Below are positions 28,175 through 37,352 of a DNA stretch of 64,000 nt, piece by piece; positions within the stretch are counted from its first letter, which is position 1, and every line of letters begins with the position of its first letter. Source of the stretch: an uncultured Verrucomicrobiae bacterium (GTDB taxonomy: Bacteria > Verrucomicrobiota > Verrucomicrobiia > Limisphaerales > UBA11358). The notes under the pieces were generated by a model. That model was not told where the DNA came from. It did no database searches and was given only the letters and a program-made list of their open reading frames with translations. The stretch is taken from the NCBI GenBank assembly GCA_963802965.1, contig CAWDKS010000008.1:5053-69052 (forward strand), given 5' to 3'. A program made the translations under genes and the position numbers.

Positions 28175-29140
28175 ATGCCACTGACACACACCCGGGAATT
28201 GTTTGCGAAGGCGTTGAAGGGCAAATACGCCCTCGGCGCGTTCAACGTCAACAACATGGAGCTGCTTCAGGCCATCGTCGAGGCGTGCGAGGAGGAAAAG
28301 GCGCCGGTGATGCTCCAGATTTCCAAGGGCGCGCGCCAATACGCCAACCCCGTCTATCTCAAGAAGCTCATCGAGGCGGCCGTCAGCCTGTCCACCATCC
28401 CGATTGCGGTGCATTTGGACCACGGCGACACGTTCGAACTGTGCAAGGACTGCATTGACGAGGGGTTCACCAGCGTGATGATTGACGCCAGCCACGAGCC
28501 GTTCGAGAAAAACGTCGAAATCACCAAAAAGGTCGTGGAATACGCGCACAAGCACAATTGCGTGGTGGAATCCGAACTCGGCCATCTCGTCGGCGCGCAA
28601 TTTGACGAAGGCGAGGAAGGCGGCGCGCATTCCGCCAGCGGCCATTACACCGTGCCGGAAGACGTGGTCAAATTCGTCAAGGAATCCGGCTGCGATTCAC
28701 TGGCCGTGGCCATTGGCAATTCGCACGGCGCCTACAAGTTCAAGGGCGAGCAGCACCTCGATCTGGAACGTCTCAAGCTCATCAAAAAGGCGCTCATGGA
28801 TGCCGGAATGGGCGACTATCCACTGGTGCTGCACGGAGCGTCGAGCGTGCCGAAGGAACTGGCCGAGGAAATCAACAAATACGGCGGCAAGCTGGGTACC
28901 GACACCGCCGGCGTGCCGGAGGCGGACATCGAGGTCGCGCGCCGCACCGGCTGCACCAAGGTGAACATTGACACCGATCTACGCCTCGCGATGACGGCAG
29001 CCATTCGCCAGGCGATGTTTGAGAATCCAAAGGAATTTGATCCGCGCAAATATCTCGGCCCGGCCCGCAACAAGGTGAAAGACCTCGTCCGGCATAAAAT
29101 CAAAGACGTGCTCTGCTGCGCCGGTCACGCGTTTGATTAG
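28175..29140 (+). CDS. fba: Class II fructose-bisphosphate aldolase
   Basis: GAFNVNNME, HLDHG, SVMIDAS, LAVAIGNSHGAYK, LVLHGASS, KVNIDTD, DPRKYL. Confidence 0.95.
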   Translation: MPLTHTRELFAKALKGKYALGAFNVNNMELLQAIVEACEEEKAPVMLQISKGARQYANPVYLKKLIEAAVSLSTIPIAVHLDHGDTFELCKDCIDEGFTSVMIDASHEPFEKNVEITKKVVEYAHKHNCVVESELGHLVGAQFDEGEEGGAHSASGHYTVPEDVVKFVKESGCDSLAVAIGNSHGAYKFKGEQHLDLERLKLIKKALMDAGMGDYPLVLHGASSVPKELAEEINKYGGKLGTDTAGVPEADIEVARRTGCTKVNIDTDLRLAMTAAIRQAMFENPKEFDPRKYLGPARNKVKDLVRHKIKDVLCCAGHAFD

Positions 29141-29210
29141 TCACGGATCAAAAGATTGGAGAAAAGTTGGTTTGGCCGGGCCGCAGCCCGCTGGCACGAT
29201 GTTGAACCAG

Positions 29211-29394
29211 CCCGCCTGCGCGCTCGACGCTTTAGCGCGGCAGCCTTTTCGCCCTCGCTTCGCCGCTGTAAAAATTGAGCTGGCCTGCCGAGCCGTAGCT
29301 CGGAGCGCTTGTGATTGGAAAATTGTTTTGCCGTCCGCCTTTACTTCGTTTCGGCGCGACAGCCTTCGCTCTCCGCTGCGTTCCGAGCGAAGGC
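29211..29394. repeat. Family E repeat cluster 3' of tRNA-Tyr
   Basis: Two CCGCCT...GCGC(G)(G/A)CAGCCTT units and the hairpin CAGCCTTCGCTC...GAGCGAAGGCTG. Confidence 0.6.
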
Positions 29395-29479
29395 TGGTGG
29401 TAGGTGATGGATTCGAACCATCGAAGGCATAGCCAGCAGATTTACAGTCTGCCCCCGTTGGCCACTTGGGTAACCTACC
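29395..29479 (-). tRNA. tRNA-Tyr(GTA)
   Basis: GGTAGGTTACCCAAGTGGCCAACGGGGGCAGACTGTAAATCTGC...GGTTCGAATCC...CCTACCACCA. Confidence 0.95.
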
Positions 29480-29550
29480 AATGTGTGGCCGGATATTAAG
29501 CCACGCCGCCGCGCGCTTGTCAATTCGCCCGCGCTTGTTAGTTTGATGCG

Positions 29551-30897
29551 GTGTTCGATTCGTTAAGCGGCAAGCTCCAGAACGCCTTCCGGAACCTGCG
29601 CGGGCTTGGAAAAATTTCCGAGGCCAACGTCGCCGATTCCCTGCGCGAAGTCCGCATGGCATTGCTGGAGGCCGACGTGAATTTCAAGGTTGCACGCGAC
29701 TTCATCGAGCGCGTCAAAACCAAATCGCTCGGCGCCGAAGTCGTCGCCAGCGTCCAGCCCGGCCAGCAAATCATCAAAATCATCCATGACGAACTCGTGG
29801 ACCTGCTCGGCTCGCAAAACGCCGGGCTGAATTTGAACGGCAATCCGACCTGCATCCTGATGGTCGGCCTGCATGGCTCCGGCAAGACGACTTCCAGCGG
29901 CAAGCTCGCGCGGCTGCTCCAAAAGCAGGGACGCCAGCCGTTGCTCGTCGCGGCGGACGTTTACCGTCCGGCAGCCATGGACCAATTGGAAACGCTCGGA
30001 AAGCAGCTTGAATTGCCGGTGTTCGTCAAACACGGCGAAACGGATGTTTCGAAAATTGCGCGTGAGGCGCTCGATTTCGCGAAAACAAACAACCGCAACG
30101 TCTTGATTTTTGACACCGCCGGCCGGTTGCAGATTGACGAACCTCTCGTGCAGGAGCTCGTGCGCCTGCAAGACCTCGTGAAGCCGCAGGAAATCCTGCT
30201 CGTGCTGGATGCCGCCACCGGACAGGAAGCCGTGAACGTCGCCACGCATTTTGATCAGGCGCTGCAAATCACCGGCTCCATCCTGACCAAGCTCGACGGC
30301 GACGCGCGCGGCGGCGCGGCATTGAGCCTGAAGGCCGTCACCGGCAAGCCCATCAAGTTTGCCGGCATGGGTGAAAAGCTGGACGAGTTCGAGCCGTTTC
30401 ATCCCGAGCGCATGGCGTCGCGGATTCTCGGCATGGGCGATGTTGTCAGTCTTGTCGAGAAGGCCGCCGAGGCCGTGGATTTGGAGGATGCAAAGCGCAT
30501 GGAAGAAAAAATGCGCAAGGGCCAGTTCACGCTGGAGGATTTTCTCGGGCAACTGCGCCAGATGAAAAAGCTCGGCTCGCTCGAAAGCGTCGTCGGGATG
30601 CTGCCGGGGGGCGCGGAGATGTTGAAGCAGCAGGGCGATTTGTCGAAGCAGGAAAAGGAATTCCACCGGATGGAAGCGATGATTTGCGGCATGACGCCGC
30701 AGGAACGCAAAAGCCCGCAAATCCTGAACGCCAAACGCCGCATTCGCATCGCCAAGGGCAGCGGCGTGAGCGTGACGGAATTGAACACCATGCTCAACAA
30801 GTTCGGCCAGATGCAGCAGATGATGAAGAAAATGGGCAAGTTTACTAAGATGATGGCCAAGATGGGCGGCGGCTTGCCGGGGATGTTGCGGAGGTGA
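29551..30897 (+). CDS. ffh: Signal recognition particle protein Ffh
   Basis: LLEADV, GLHGSGKTT, DVYRPAA, DTAGR, DGDARGGAALS, Met-rich M domain. Confidence 0.97.
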   Translation: MFDSLSGKLQNAFRNLRGLGKISEANVADSLREVRMALLEADVNFKVARDFIERVKTKSLGAEVVASVQPGQQIIKIIHDELVDLLGSQNAGLNLNGNPTCILMVGLHGSGKTTSSGKLARLLQKQGRQPLLVAADVYRPAAMDQLETLGKQLELPVFVKHGETDVSKIAREALDFAKTNNRNVLIFDTAGRLQIDEPLVQELVRLQDLVKPQEILLVLDAATGQEAVNVATHFDQALQITGSILTKLDGDARGGAALSLKAVTGKPIKFAGMGEKLDEFEPFHPERMASRILGMGDVVSLVEKAAEAVDLEDAKRMEEKMRKGQFTLEDFLGQLRQMKKLGSLESVVGMLPGGAEMLKQQGDLSKQEKEFHRMEAMICGMTPQERKSPQILNAKRRIRIAKGSGVSVTELNTMLNKFGQMQQMMKKMGKFTKMMAKMGGGLPGMLRR

Positions 30898-30933
30898 AAT
30901 TTGTTCCGGGTTTGCCGTGCAACCGAACAGAAA

Positions 30934-31557
30934 ATGGACGTGAACAAAATCAAGTCCGCGCTGGCTGACATCACGGCCGAGCGGGACCCGACGCTCAAAA
31001 GCGCCAAGCTCGCCTCGCTGTGTAGCGCGTTGTGGGCGGCGCGCGGCGTGGAACTCGTCGTGGTCGGCGGTTCGGCGATTGAGATATTGACGGAAGGCGC
31101 GTATGCCTCCGGCGACCTCGATATGTGCCACATCACGAAGGCGACCTTGCCGATTGTTGAGCGGAAAGCAATCATGGGCTTGCTTGGCGCCAAAGGCGGT
31201 CCGCGCAACTGGCAGGTGGCTGGCATGTATCTGGATTTGCTCGGCCCTGCGGAAAGCTTCGCGCACACGCCGTTCCGCCGCATCGAAGCGCCTTACGGAA
31301 GTTTTCTGGTGATGAAGCCGGAAGATTTGCTGGTCGAGCGCGTCTTGATGACGTTTTATCCTGGCGAAAGTCAAACGGCGCATGACTGTGCGAAAAAATT
31401 TATCTCGGTCATTCTCACAGGCGGCGTTGCTGTGAATTGGAATGAGGTGCGCAGACTTGCGAATCTGCCGGAATATCGTAACCTTCCACAGTGCGTGAAA
31501 CTGGTGCAAGAAGTCGCCGATGAACTCAAAATCAAAAGTCCCCTGCATCCCGATTGA
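30934..31557 (+). CDS. Nucleotidyltransferase-fold protein (DUF6036-like), putative TA component
   Basis: VVVGGSAIE...YASGDLD (hG[GS]...DxD) and PEDLLVER. Confidence 0.6.
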   Translation: MDVNKIKSALADITAERDPTLKSAKLASLCSALWAARGVELVVVGGSAIEILTEGAYASGDLDMCHITKATLPIVERKAIMGLLGAKGGPRNWQVAGMYLDLLGPAESFAHTPFRRIEAPYGSFLVMKPEDLLVERVLMTFYPGESQTAHDCAKKFISVILTGGVAVNWNEVRRLANLPEYRNLPQCVKLVQEVADELKIKSPLHPD

Positions 31558-31729
31558 AGGCTCGATCAGTTGGGAAGACTGGTTGAAAGGCCGGCGGTTT
31601 CGTCGTAAAATGGGCAATCGGGTCGCGCCGGAAATCATCCGGCGCAAGCGCAGTTCCAGCGACCGGCGGCTGAAAAAACTCTTCAACGGCGAACGCGGCC
31701 TGCCCTTCACGCCCACAGAAAAACTTTGA
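31520..31729 (+). CDS. Small basic hypothetical protein, putative partner of the NTase
   Basis: 69 aa, Arg/Lys-rich; overlaps the NTase 3' end and ends at the duplicated ffh segment. Confidence 0.4.
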   Translation: MNSKSKVPCIPIEGSISWEDWLKGRRFRRKMGNRVAPEIIRRKRSSSDRRLKKLFNGERGLPFTPTEKL

Positions 31730-31800
31730 AGAAGACAGGTCAGTTCCAGAAAATGATGGCCCGCATGGGCGGTGGCCTGCCGGGAATGTTGCGGAGATAA
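31726..31800 (+). pseudogene. Diverged duplicate of the last 25 codons of ffh
   Basis: Reads LKKTGQFQKMMARMGGGLPGMLRR* versus ffh MKKMGKFTKMMAKMGGGLPGMLRR*; 56/75 nt identical to 30823-30897. Confidence 0.9.
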
Positions 31801-31849
31801 AATCGGTGAATCGACCTCTCAACGATTTCACTTTTGCTCAAAATAATGT

Positions 31850-31879
31850 CACTCATCGCCGATAGACTCATTTCCGACA
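31850..31879 (+). promoter_or_regulatory. C-box-like tandem operator
   Basis: CACTCATCGCCGATA GACTCATTTCCGACA: two ACTCAT boxes at 15-bp period, 19 nt before the XRE start codon. Confidence 0.5.
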
Positions 31880-31898
31880 ACGGTGTGAAATATGCGTC

Positions 31899-32126
31899 AT
31901 GCGTAAGCGTGACTCCATCCTTTGCTCGTTCGGGCAAAGCGTAGCAAAGCATCGGCGAGCCCAAGGTCTTTCCCAAGAAGTCCTCGCAGAAAAAGCTGAC
32001 CTCGACCGCACTTACCTCAGCGACATTGAGCGCGGCGTCCGCAATCCCGGGATCAAAAATGTTATTCTGATCGCCAAAGCTTTGGGCATCACGCCCGCCG
32101 ATTTGTTGAAGGGAGTCGGCGGATGA
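31899..32126 (+). CDS. XRE-family HTH regulator resembling R-M controller (C) proteins
   Basis: GLSQEVLAEKADLDRTYLSDIERGVRNP; 75 aa; ATGA overlap with the next gene. Confidence 0.85.
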   Translation: MRKRDSILCSFGQSVAKHRRAQGLSQEVLAEKADLDRTYLSDIERGVRNPGIKNVILIAKALGITPADLLKGVGG

Positions 32127-34094
32127 ACCAAATCCGGACCATGCGGTTAAAAATCGCCGCCCTCTTTGAATTCGAGGGAAAAACTCCGCTCGCGAATGCA
32201 AACGATGTTGTTTCCATCACGCCGCTTGTTTTGAAGCAGTTCGGTTTTCTTCCGCAACCCGTGATGGTGACAGTCGAAGGCGATGAGGTTGTAATTCAAT
32301 GTCCCGAAGAAACAGCGGCTGCCCAAACTGAAGCCGCCCGGCTCGCCGAACGCGCCGGAAAACGCGCAGCCGAGGGCAACTATGAAAAAGCCATCGGCAT
32401 TCTCAAGCGTGTTTTGCAATTGCAACCTTCGCTGCATAAGGCACGCCGCGACCTAGCAATGGCTTATGTCGAGACCGGCGACGTTGACAACGCGACGAAT
32501 CATCTGATTGAGGTTCTCCGGCTTGATCCGGGCGATGCGTGGAGTTGGGTCGTGCTGGCCAATCTTTACATCCGGGAAAAGTCAGACAAAGAAACCGGAG
32601 AAAAGTTTCTGCGCAAAGCACTTGAAATCGCGCCGAATGACGCATGGGCGTTAAACAGCCTGGCATCCGTGACTTTTGAACACGGCAAGACCGATGAAGC
32701 CATTTCACTTTTCGAGCAGGCGATTAAATCCAATTCTGAATTTGCAAATGCATACTACGGCGAAGCCATCGCCTACGCAAAAATAGGGCAGCCGGACAAA
32801 TCACTCACCGCACTCGAAAGACTTTTTGCCCACGCAAAAATGCAAGATGCGCGGTCGAAAACGGTTTACGACGGCGCCCGGCAGCTCTTCGGCAAACTGC
32901 AGGTTGACCTTGCCCAGCGCAACGAATCGGAAACTTTCAAGCTCGTCCAGAATTACAAAGCCGAGATGGAAATCCTGTCTGGCTATCCGATCCGAATTCA
33001 GGAGGAGAATTTCGAAAGCAAAATCGGCGCGACAATTCTGATGGCCTGGAAGCACAGGCGCGATTTCCATTTGGTGAAGATTAGAGCGGATTACCCCCCC
33101 CCCATTAGTCAATCACTTAGAGAGCCACGAACTCACCCATCTCAAGCTGGAATCCGAGGCTCGCAAGGTTGGTAAAAATCTTTTCTTTGCCACCACCGCC
33201 AAGACGCGAGACACGGCCATTCGTGCGGTTGCCGGAGACATCCGCAAGTGGGAAAAGGCCGGGCGCTCCGAAGAACAAATCACCAAGATCACCTTGATGC
33301 TGGTCGGCGGGCTTTGTGAGTTTCTGTTTAATTGTCCGCTCGACATGCTGATTGAGCGGCATCTGCGCGACACATTCAAACCACTCCAACCCGCGCAGTT
33401 CCTCTCCGTGCAGCTCATGGCAAACGAAGCGTGGCAGACGAATAGCAACCCGGAGATCCGCCGGTTGACGCCGCGAAAGATTTTTCAGGCGAGTCTCACC
33501 TTGAACGGAGCTTACGGTTTGTTCTTGGATGATCTCTTTCACAGTGCATCGACCTTTGCGGCGCAGTATCGAAGCTCGGACACTTTCGGTTTATCACAGC
33601 GGCTTTACAAACATTGGCAGGAGCGCGCCAAGAATCTTGGGCCTGGCGACGAGTATGGTTTGGTTGATGAATTTGCCGACATGACCGGTCTGCGTGACTG
33701 GTATGAATGGCGGCCTGACCCCGGCCATCACGAGGCGACCGCCGAACCGCTCAAACAAGGCATAACCAATCCGGCGCTGCTCAAAGTAAAACAGCCGGCG
33801 GCGGTTTTTTATTTCCTAGACGCTTTCAAGCGATTTGATGCTATGACGCCGGAGCAGGTGCGCGACGTCGCGTTTGAAATCGCGCTGCTGGGCCGGGACG
33901 GACTTGACTACGCCGCGCCTGACGAGAAATACGAACTCCGCGCGCTGCCCGACCGGAAATTCTCCGGCTTGCACCTCATGTGCCTCATGTATGCGGGCTT
34001 TAAGCGCGTCGCACCGGAACACGACCCTGGGATGGATTTAATCGACCCTTTTTTAACTGCGCTGCAATTACACCAAGCACAAGGAGGCAAGTGA
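32123..34094 (+). pseudogene. TPR + HExxH protein, frameshifted at C10 (33094-33103)
   Basis: ORFs 32123-33175 (TPR repeats) and 33294-34094 join into 656 aa if one C is removed: ...DYPPPLVNHLESHELTHLKLE...NCPLDMLIE. Confidence 0.78.
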
Positions 34095-36487
34095 TGAGAC
34101 TCTACGCTGGTTCGAGTGAGGAATTTATTTCCGATTCGGTTAATAACCGGATTGCGGACAAGCTAAAAACTGCTTTCTTTGGAGAATTCCGTTATAACCC
34201 TTCGCCAGGTGAAGTAAATTCTTGGCGAAATTCGCTTCGCGCTTTGTCACAGGTTTTCCAATATGGGGAATTCAGGGGGCACGGTGTGTTGCTGGAATAT
34301 GAGCTTCCCCTCACGTCAAAACGGTTGGATTGTTTGATTACTGGTCGAGACAATTTGCTCAACGATCAAGCGGCAATTATCGAATTGAAGCAGTGGGAGA
34401 AGTGCGAAGAAGGCGACGCCGAACGAATTGTCACATTTGTTGGAGGCAACAATCGCGATGTTCTTCACCCCTCGGTTCAAGTTGGCCAATACCGCCGCTA
34501 TCTCGCCGATTATCAGCCCGCGTTTTATGAAGGCGAATCTCCCATCGGCCTGCGGGCCTGTTCATACTTGCATAATTACACACCGGAAGACGGCGACGCC
34601 TTGTTCGCTCTACAATACGCGCCATATATCAAGGAGTGTCCACTGTTCACCGGCGACGATGTCGCAGAGCTGACAGGCTATTTGCGTGAGTTCTTGGTCA
34701 AAGGCGATGACCAACACGCGCTCCGCCGGATACTCGAAGGTAAATTCCGTCCAAGCAAAAAACTCCTTGACCATGTCGGGAAGGTTTTGGACGGCAAACC
34801 TGAATATGTATTGCTTGATGAGCAGTTGGTTGCATTTGAGCGGGTGATCGCAACCGTGCGCGAAGGAATTAAACAGCGGCAGAAAGCGGCAATTATTATT
34901 CGGGGCGGTCCGGGCACGGGAAAGTCCGTCATCGCACTCAATCTTTTATCCGCACTCGCTCGTGAGGGGGTAAGCGCTCAATACGTTACAGGCTCAAAAG
35001 CATTCACAGAAACCTTGAGGAAAATTGTTGGCGATAGAGCCGATACGCAAGTCAACTATTTTAACAGTTATATGCAGTCGGATTTTAATGAGCATGATGT
35101 TCTGTTGTGCGATGAAGCTCATCGAATCCGGGAAACCAGCAACAATCGTTTTACCAGAGCGGCGCATCGTTCAAACCGTTCACAAATTGAGGAACTTTTC
35201 CATGCGGGTAAGGTGCTTGTCTTCTTCATCGATGACCGTCAGGTCGTTCGTCCTGGGGAGATTGGTTCAGCAACAGTCATCACAGATTCGGCGAAAGTTC
35301 AAGGGGTAAGGCTCTTCGACTACAAACTAGAGGCGCAATTCCGATGTGCTGGGTCGGCTGGCTTTGTGAACTGGATTGAAAACACCCTTGAAATCGAGCG
35401 GACGGCAAATGTGTTGTGGAATGTGAATGATAAATTCGAATTCGGGATTGTCGATTCACCGCAAGCATTGGATAAAATCGTCCGCAGCAAACTCGAAGCG
35501 GGAAACTCGGCTCGCCTGATGGCAGGTTTTTGTTGGGACTGGTCTGACCCGTTGCAGGACGGCAATTTGGTTGATGATGTCGTCGTCGGTGATTTTAAGC
35601 GCCCTTGGAATGCGAAGCCCGGCGCTGGTCGCGTAAAACGAGGAATACCCAAGGCGACACTGTGGGCTCACGACGCACGTGGAGTGGAACAGGTCGGCTG
35701 CGTATACACGGCACAAGGTTTTGAGTTCGACTACGCCGGTGTCATTTTTGGGCCAGATTTGGTTTACCGTCCGGGAAAAGGTTGGATTGGTCAGCATGAG
35801 AATTCGTTTGATACAGTGGTCAAACGGTCAAAAGAAAATTTTTTAGAACTTGTGAAGAACACCTATCGGGTTCTTTTTTCCCGCGCAATGAAAGGTTGCT
35901 ACGTTTATTTCGTCGACAAGGAAACGGAAAACTTCTTTCGAAGCCGTATCGAGGGCGGCGCAATTGTGGATGAAGTCGAAACTACAAAAGAATTGGTTCC
36001 GCCTCTACCTTTCCGCATTTTGGAAGAACACGAGTTGGAACGTTTTGTAAACGCCGTTCCCATCTTCGATTTACAAATCGCGGCAGGGTCTTTCAGCGAA
36101 GAGCAGTGGATCGACGAATGTAAGTGGGCTCAGTTGCCTGATCCGTTTGTAGCAAAGAAGGGGTTTTTCTTAGCGAAAGTCGTGGGCGAATCGATGAACA
36201 AGAGAATTCCAAATGGATCGTGGTGCATGTTTAAAGCATCACCGGAAGGCAGTCGGCAGGGCAAAGTTGTTTTGGTGCAGCATCGCAAGATTCAAGATCC
36301 AGACAGCGGGCAGTTTACCATAAAGATTTACGACAGTAAGAAAATCGCCCTTGAGGATTCTTGGAGGCACGAACGTATCATTTTAAGGCCCGATTCGCAC
36401 GAAAGTGGTTTTAAAGAGATCGTCCTGCATCGAGATGACGCTGCTGAATTGAAGGTGATTGGCGAATTTGTAGCTGTTGTGGGCTAA
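34091..36487 (+). CDS. DUF2075 (Schlafen group 3-like) nuclease-helicase with C-terminal S24-like domain
   Basis: RLDCLITG..IIELKQW, HPSVQV, GGPGTGKS, CDEAHR, QFRC, VYTAQGFEFDY; C-terminal IAAGSF...VGESMN...FTIKIY; lower GC. Confidence 0.82.
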   Translation: MMRLYAGSSEEFISDSVNNRIADKLKTAFFGEFRYNPSPGEVNSWRNSLRALSQVFQYGEFRGHGVLLEYELPLTSKRLDCLITGRDNLLNDQAAIIELKQWEKCEEGDAERIVTFVGGNNRDVLHPSVQVGQYRRYLADYQPAFYEGESPIGLRACSYLHNYTPEDGDALFALQYAPYIKECPLFTGDDVAELTGYLREFLVKGDDQHALRRILEGKFRPSKKLLDHVGKVLDGKPEYVLLDEQLVAFERVIATVREGIKQRQKAAIIIRGGPGTGKSVIALNLLSALAREGVSAQYVTGSKAFTETLRKIVGDRADTQVNYFNSYMQSDFNEHDVLLCDEAHRIRETSNNRFTRAAHRSNRSQIEELFHAGKVLVFFIDDRQVVRPGEIGSATVITDSAKVQGVRLFDYKLEAQFRCAGSAGFVNWIENTLEIERTANVLWNVNDKFEFGIVDSPQALDKIVRSKLEAGNSARLMAGFCWDWSDPLQDGNLVDDVVVGDFKRPWNAKPGAGRVKRGIPKATLWAHDARGVEQVGCVYTAQGFEFDYAGVIFGPDLVYRPGKGWIGQHENSFDTVVKRSKENFLELVKNTYRVLFSRAMKGCYVYFVDKETENFFRSRIEGGAIVDEVETTKELVPPLPFRILEEHELERFVNAVPIFDLQIAAGSFSEEQWIDECKWAQLPDPFVAKKGFFLAKVVGESMNKRIPNGSWCMFKASPEGSRQGKVVLVQHRKIQDPDSGQFTIKIYDSKKIALEDSWRHERIILRPDSHESGFKEIVLHRDDAAELKVIGEFVAVVG

Positions 36488-36651
36488 ATGGTGATCAATG
36501 CCTGTATACGACATTGATGCTGCTAAGCCGCCCGCCCTTGCCAACCAAACTCCTCGCGCCCCTTCAGGGCGCATATTTTTGTGGGACGATTTCCGTAGCG
36601 CCTTCAGCGCATTTCAGTTTGCGCCAATTCGTGCAATTCGTGTCAAAATCT

Positions 36652-37206
36652 TCAACTTGGCAGCGGCCCGCCGGCATTGATTTTGTGTTTCAAGCAGTAA
36701 GCGCCGTTGTCCACGTATTTCTCCGCCCACCATTTCAGTCCGGCGCGTTCTTTCTTGGATAATTTGCGGACGACTTTTGCCGGCGCGCCGAGCACGAGCG
36801 AGCCTGGCGGGATTTTTGTTCCCTGCGTCACCAGCGCCTTCGCGCCGATGAGCGATTGTTTGCCGATGACCGCGCCGTCCAAAATCACCGCGCCCATGCC
36901 GACCAACACTTCGTCGCCGACTTTGCAGGCGTGAACTATCGCGCCGTGGCCGACGGTGACCCAGTTGCCGACGATGCACGGAAAATCGTCGGCGAGGTGC
37001 AGCACGGCGTTGTCCTGGATGTTGGTGTGATGGCCGACGACGATGCGGTTGATGTCGCCGCGCAGCACCGCGCCATACCACACGCTGGAATACGCGCCGA
37101 GCGTCACGTCGCCGAGGACGACTGCGGTTCGGGCGAGATAGACACCCCGGCCGAGCCGCGGCTGTCTGCGCAGGAACGTGTCGAGTTGTTTCACCGTATT
37201 TTTCAC
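36652..37206 (-). CDS. Gamma carbonic anhydrase family protein
   Basis: AVLRGD, TNIQDNAVLH, TVGHGAIVHAC hexapeptide repeats. Confidence 0.92.
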   Translation of the reverse strand: MKNTVKQLDTFLRRQPRLGRGVYLARTAVVLGDVTLGAYSSVWYGAVLRGDINRIVVGHHTNIQDNAVLHLADDFPCIVGNWVTVGHGAIVHACKVGDEVLVGMGAVILDGAVIGKQSLIGAKALVTQGTKIPPGSLVLGAPAKVVRKLSKKERAGLKWWAEKYVDNGAYCLKHKINAGGPLPS

Positions 37207-37352
37207 GCGGGAAATTTAATCCCGCAAGGCGGGAATGTCGCGGATTGATTTTCAAAGTTCAAATGCGGACGGCGACACGCCGTCCCTCCCAAAATGAAAA
37301 CGGCGTTTTGCATTTCATTCGGTGCACGCAAGGATTAAAATGCGGTTGTCGT

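Noticed and set aside
28003-28257. N-terminal extension of AddB in the ORF track
   Set aside because: Overlaps the divergent fba promoter and start; AddB homology begins at VPARFLLGPAGSGKT.
20644-29479. Prophage or ICE integrated at tRNA-Leu or tRNA-Tyr
   Set aside because: No integrase, no duplicated tRNA 3' end and no phage genes found in the window.
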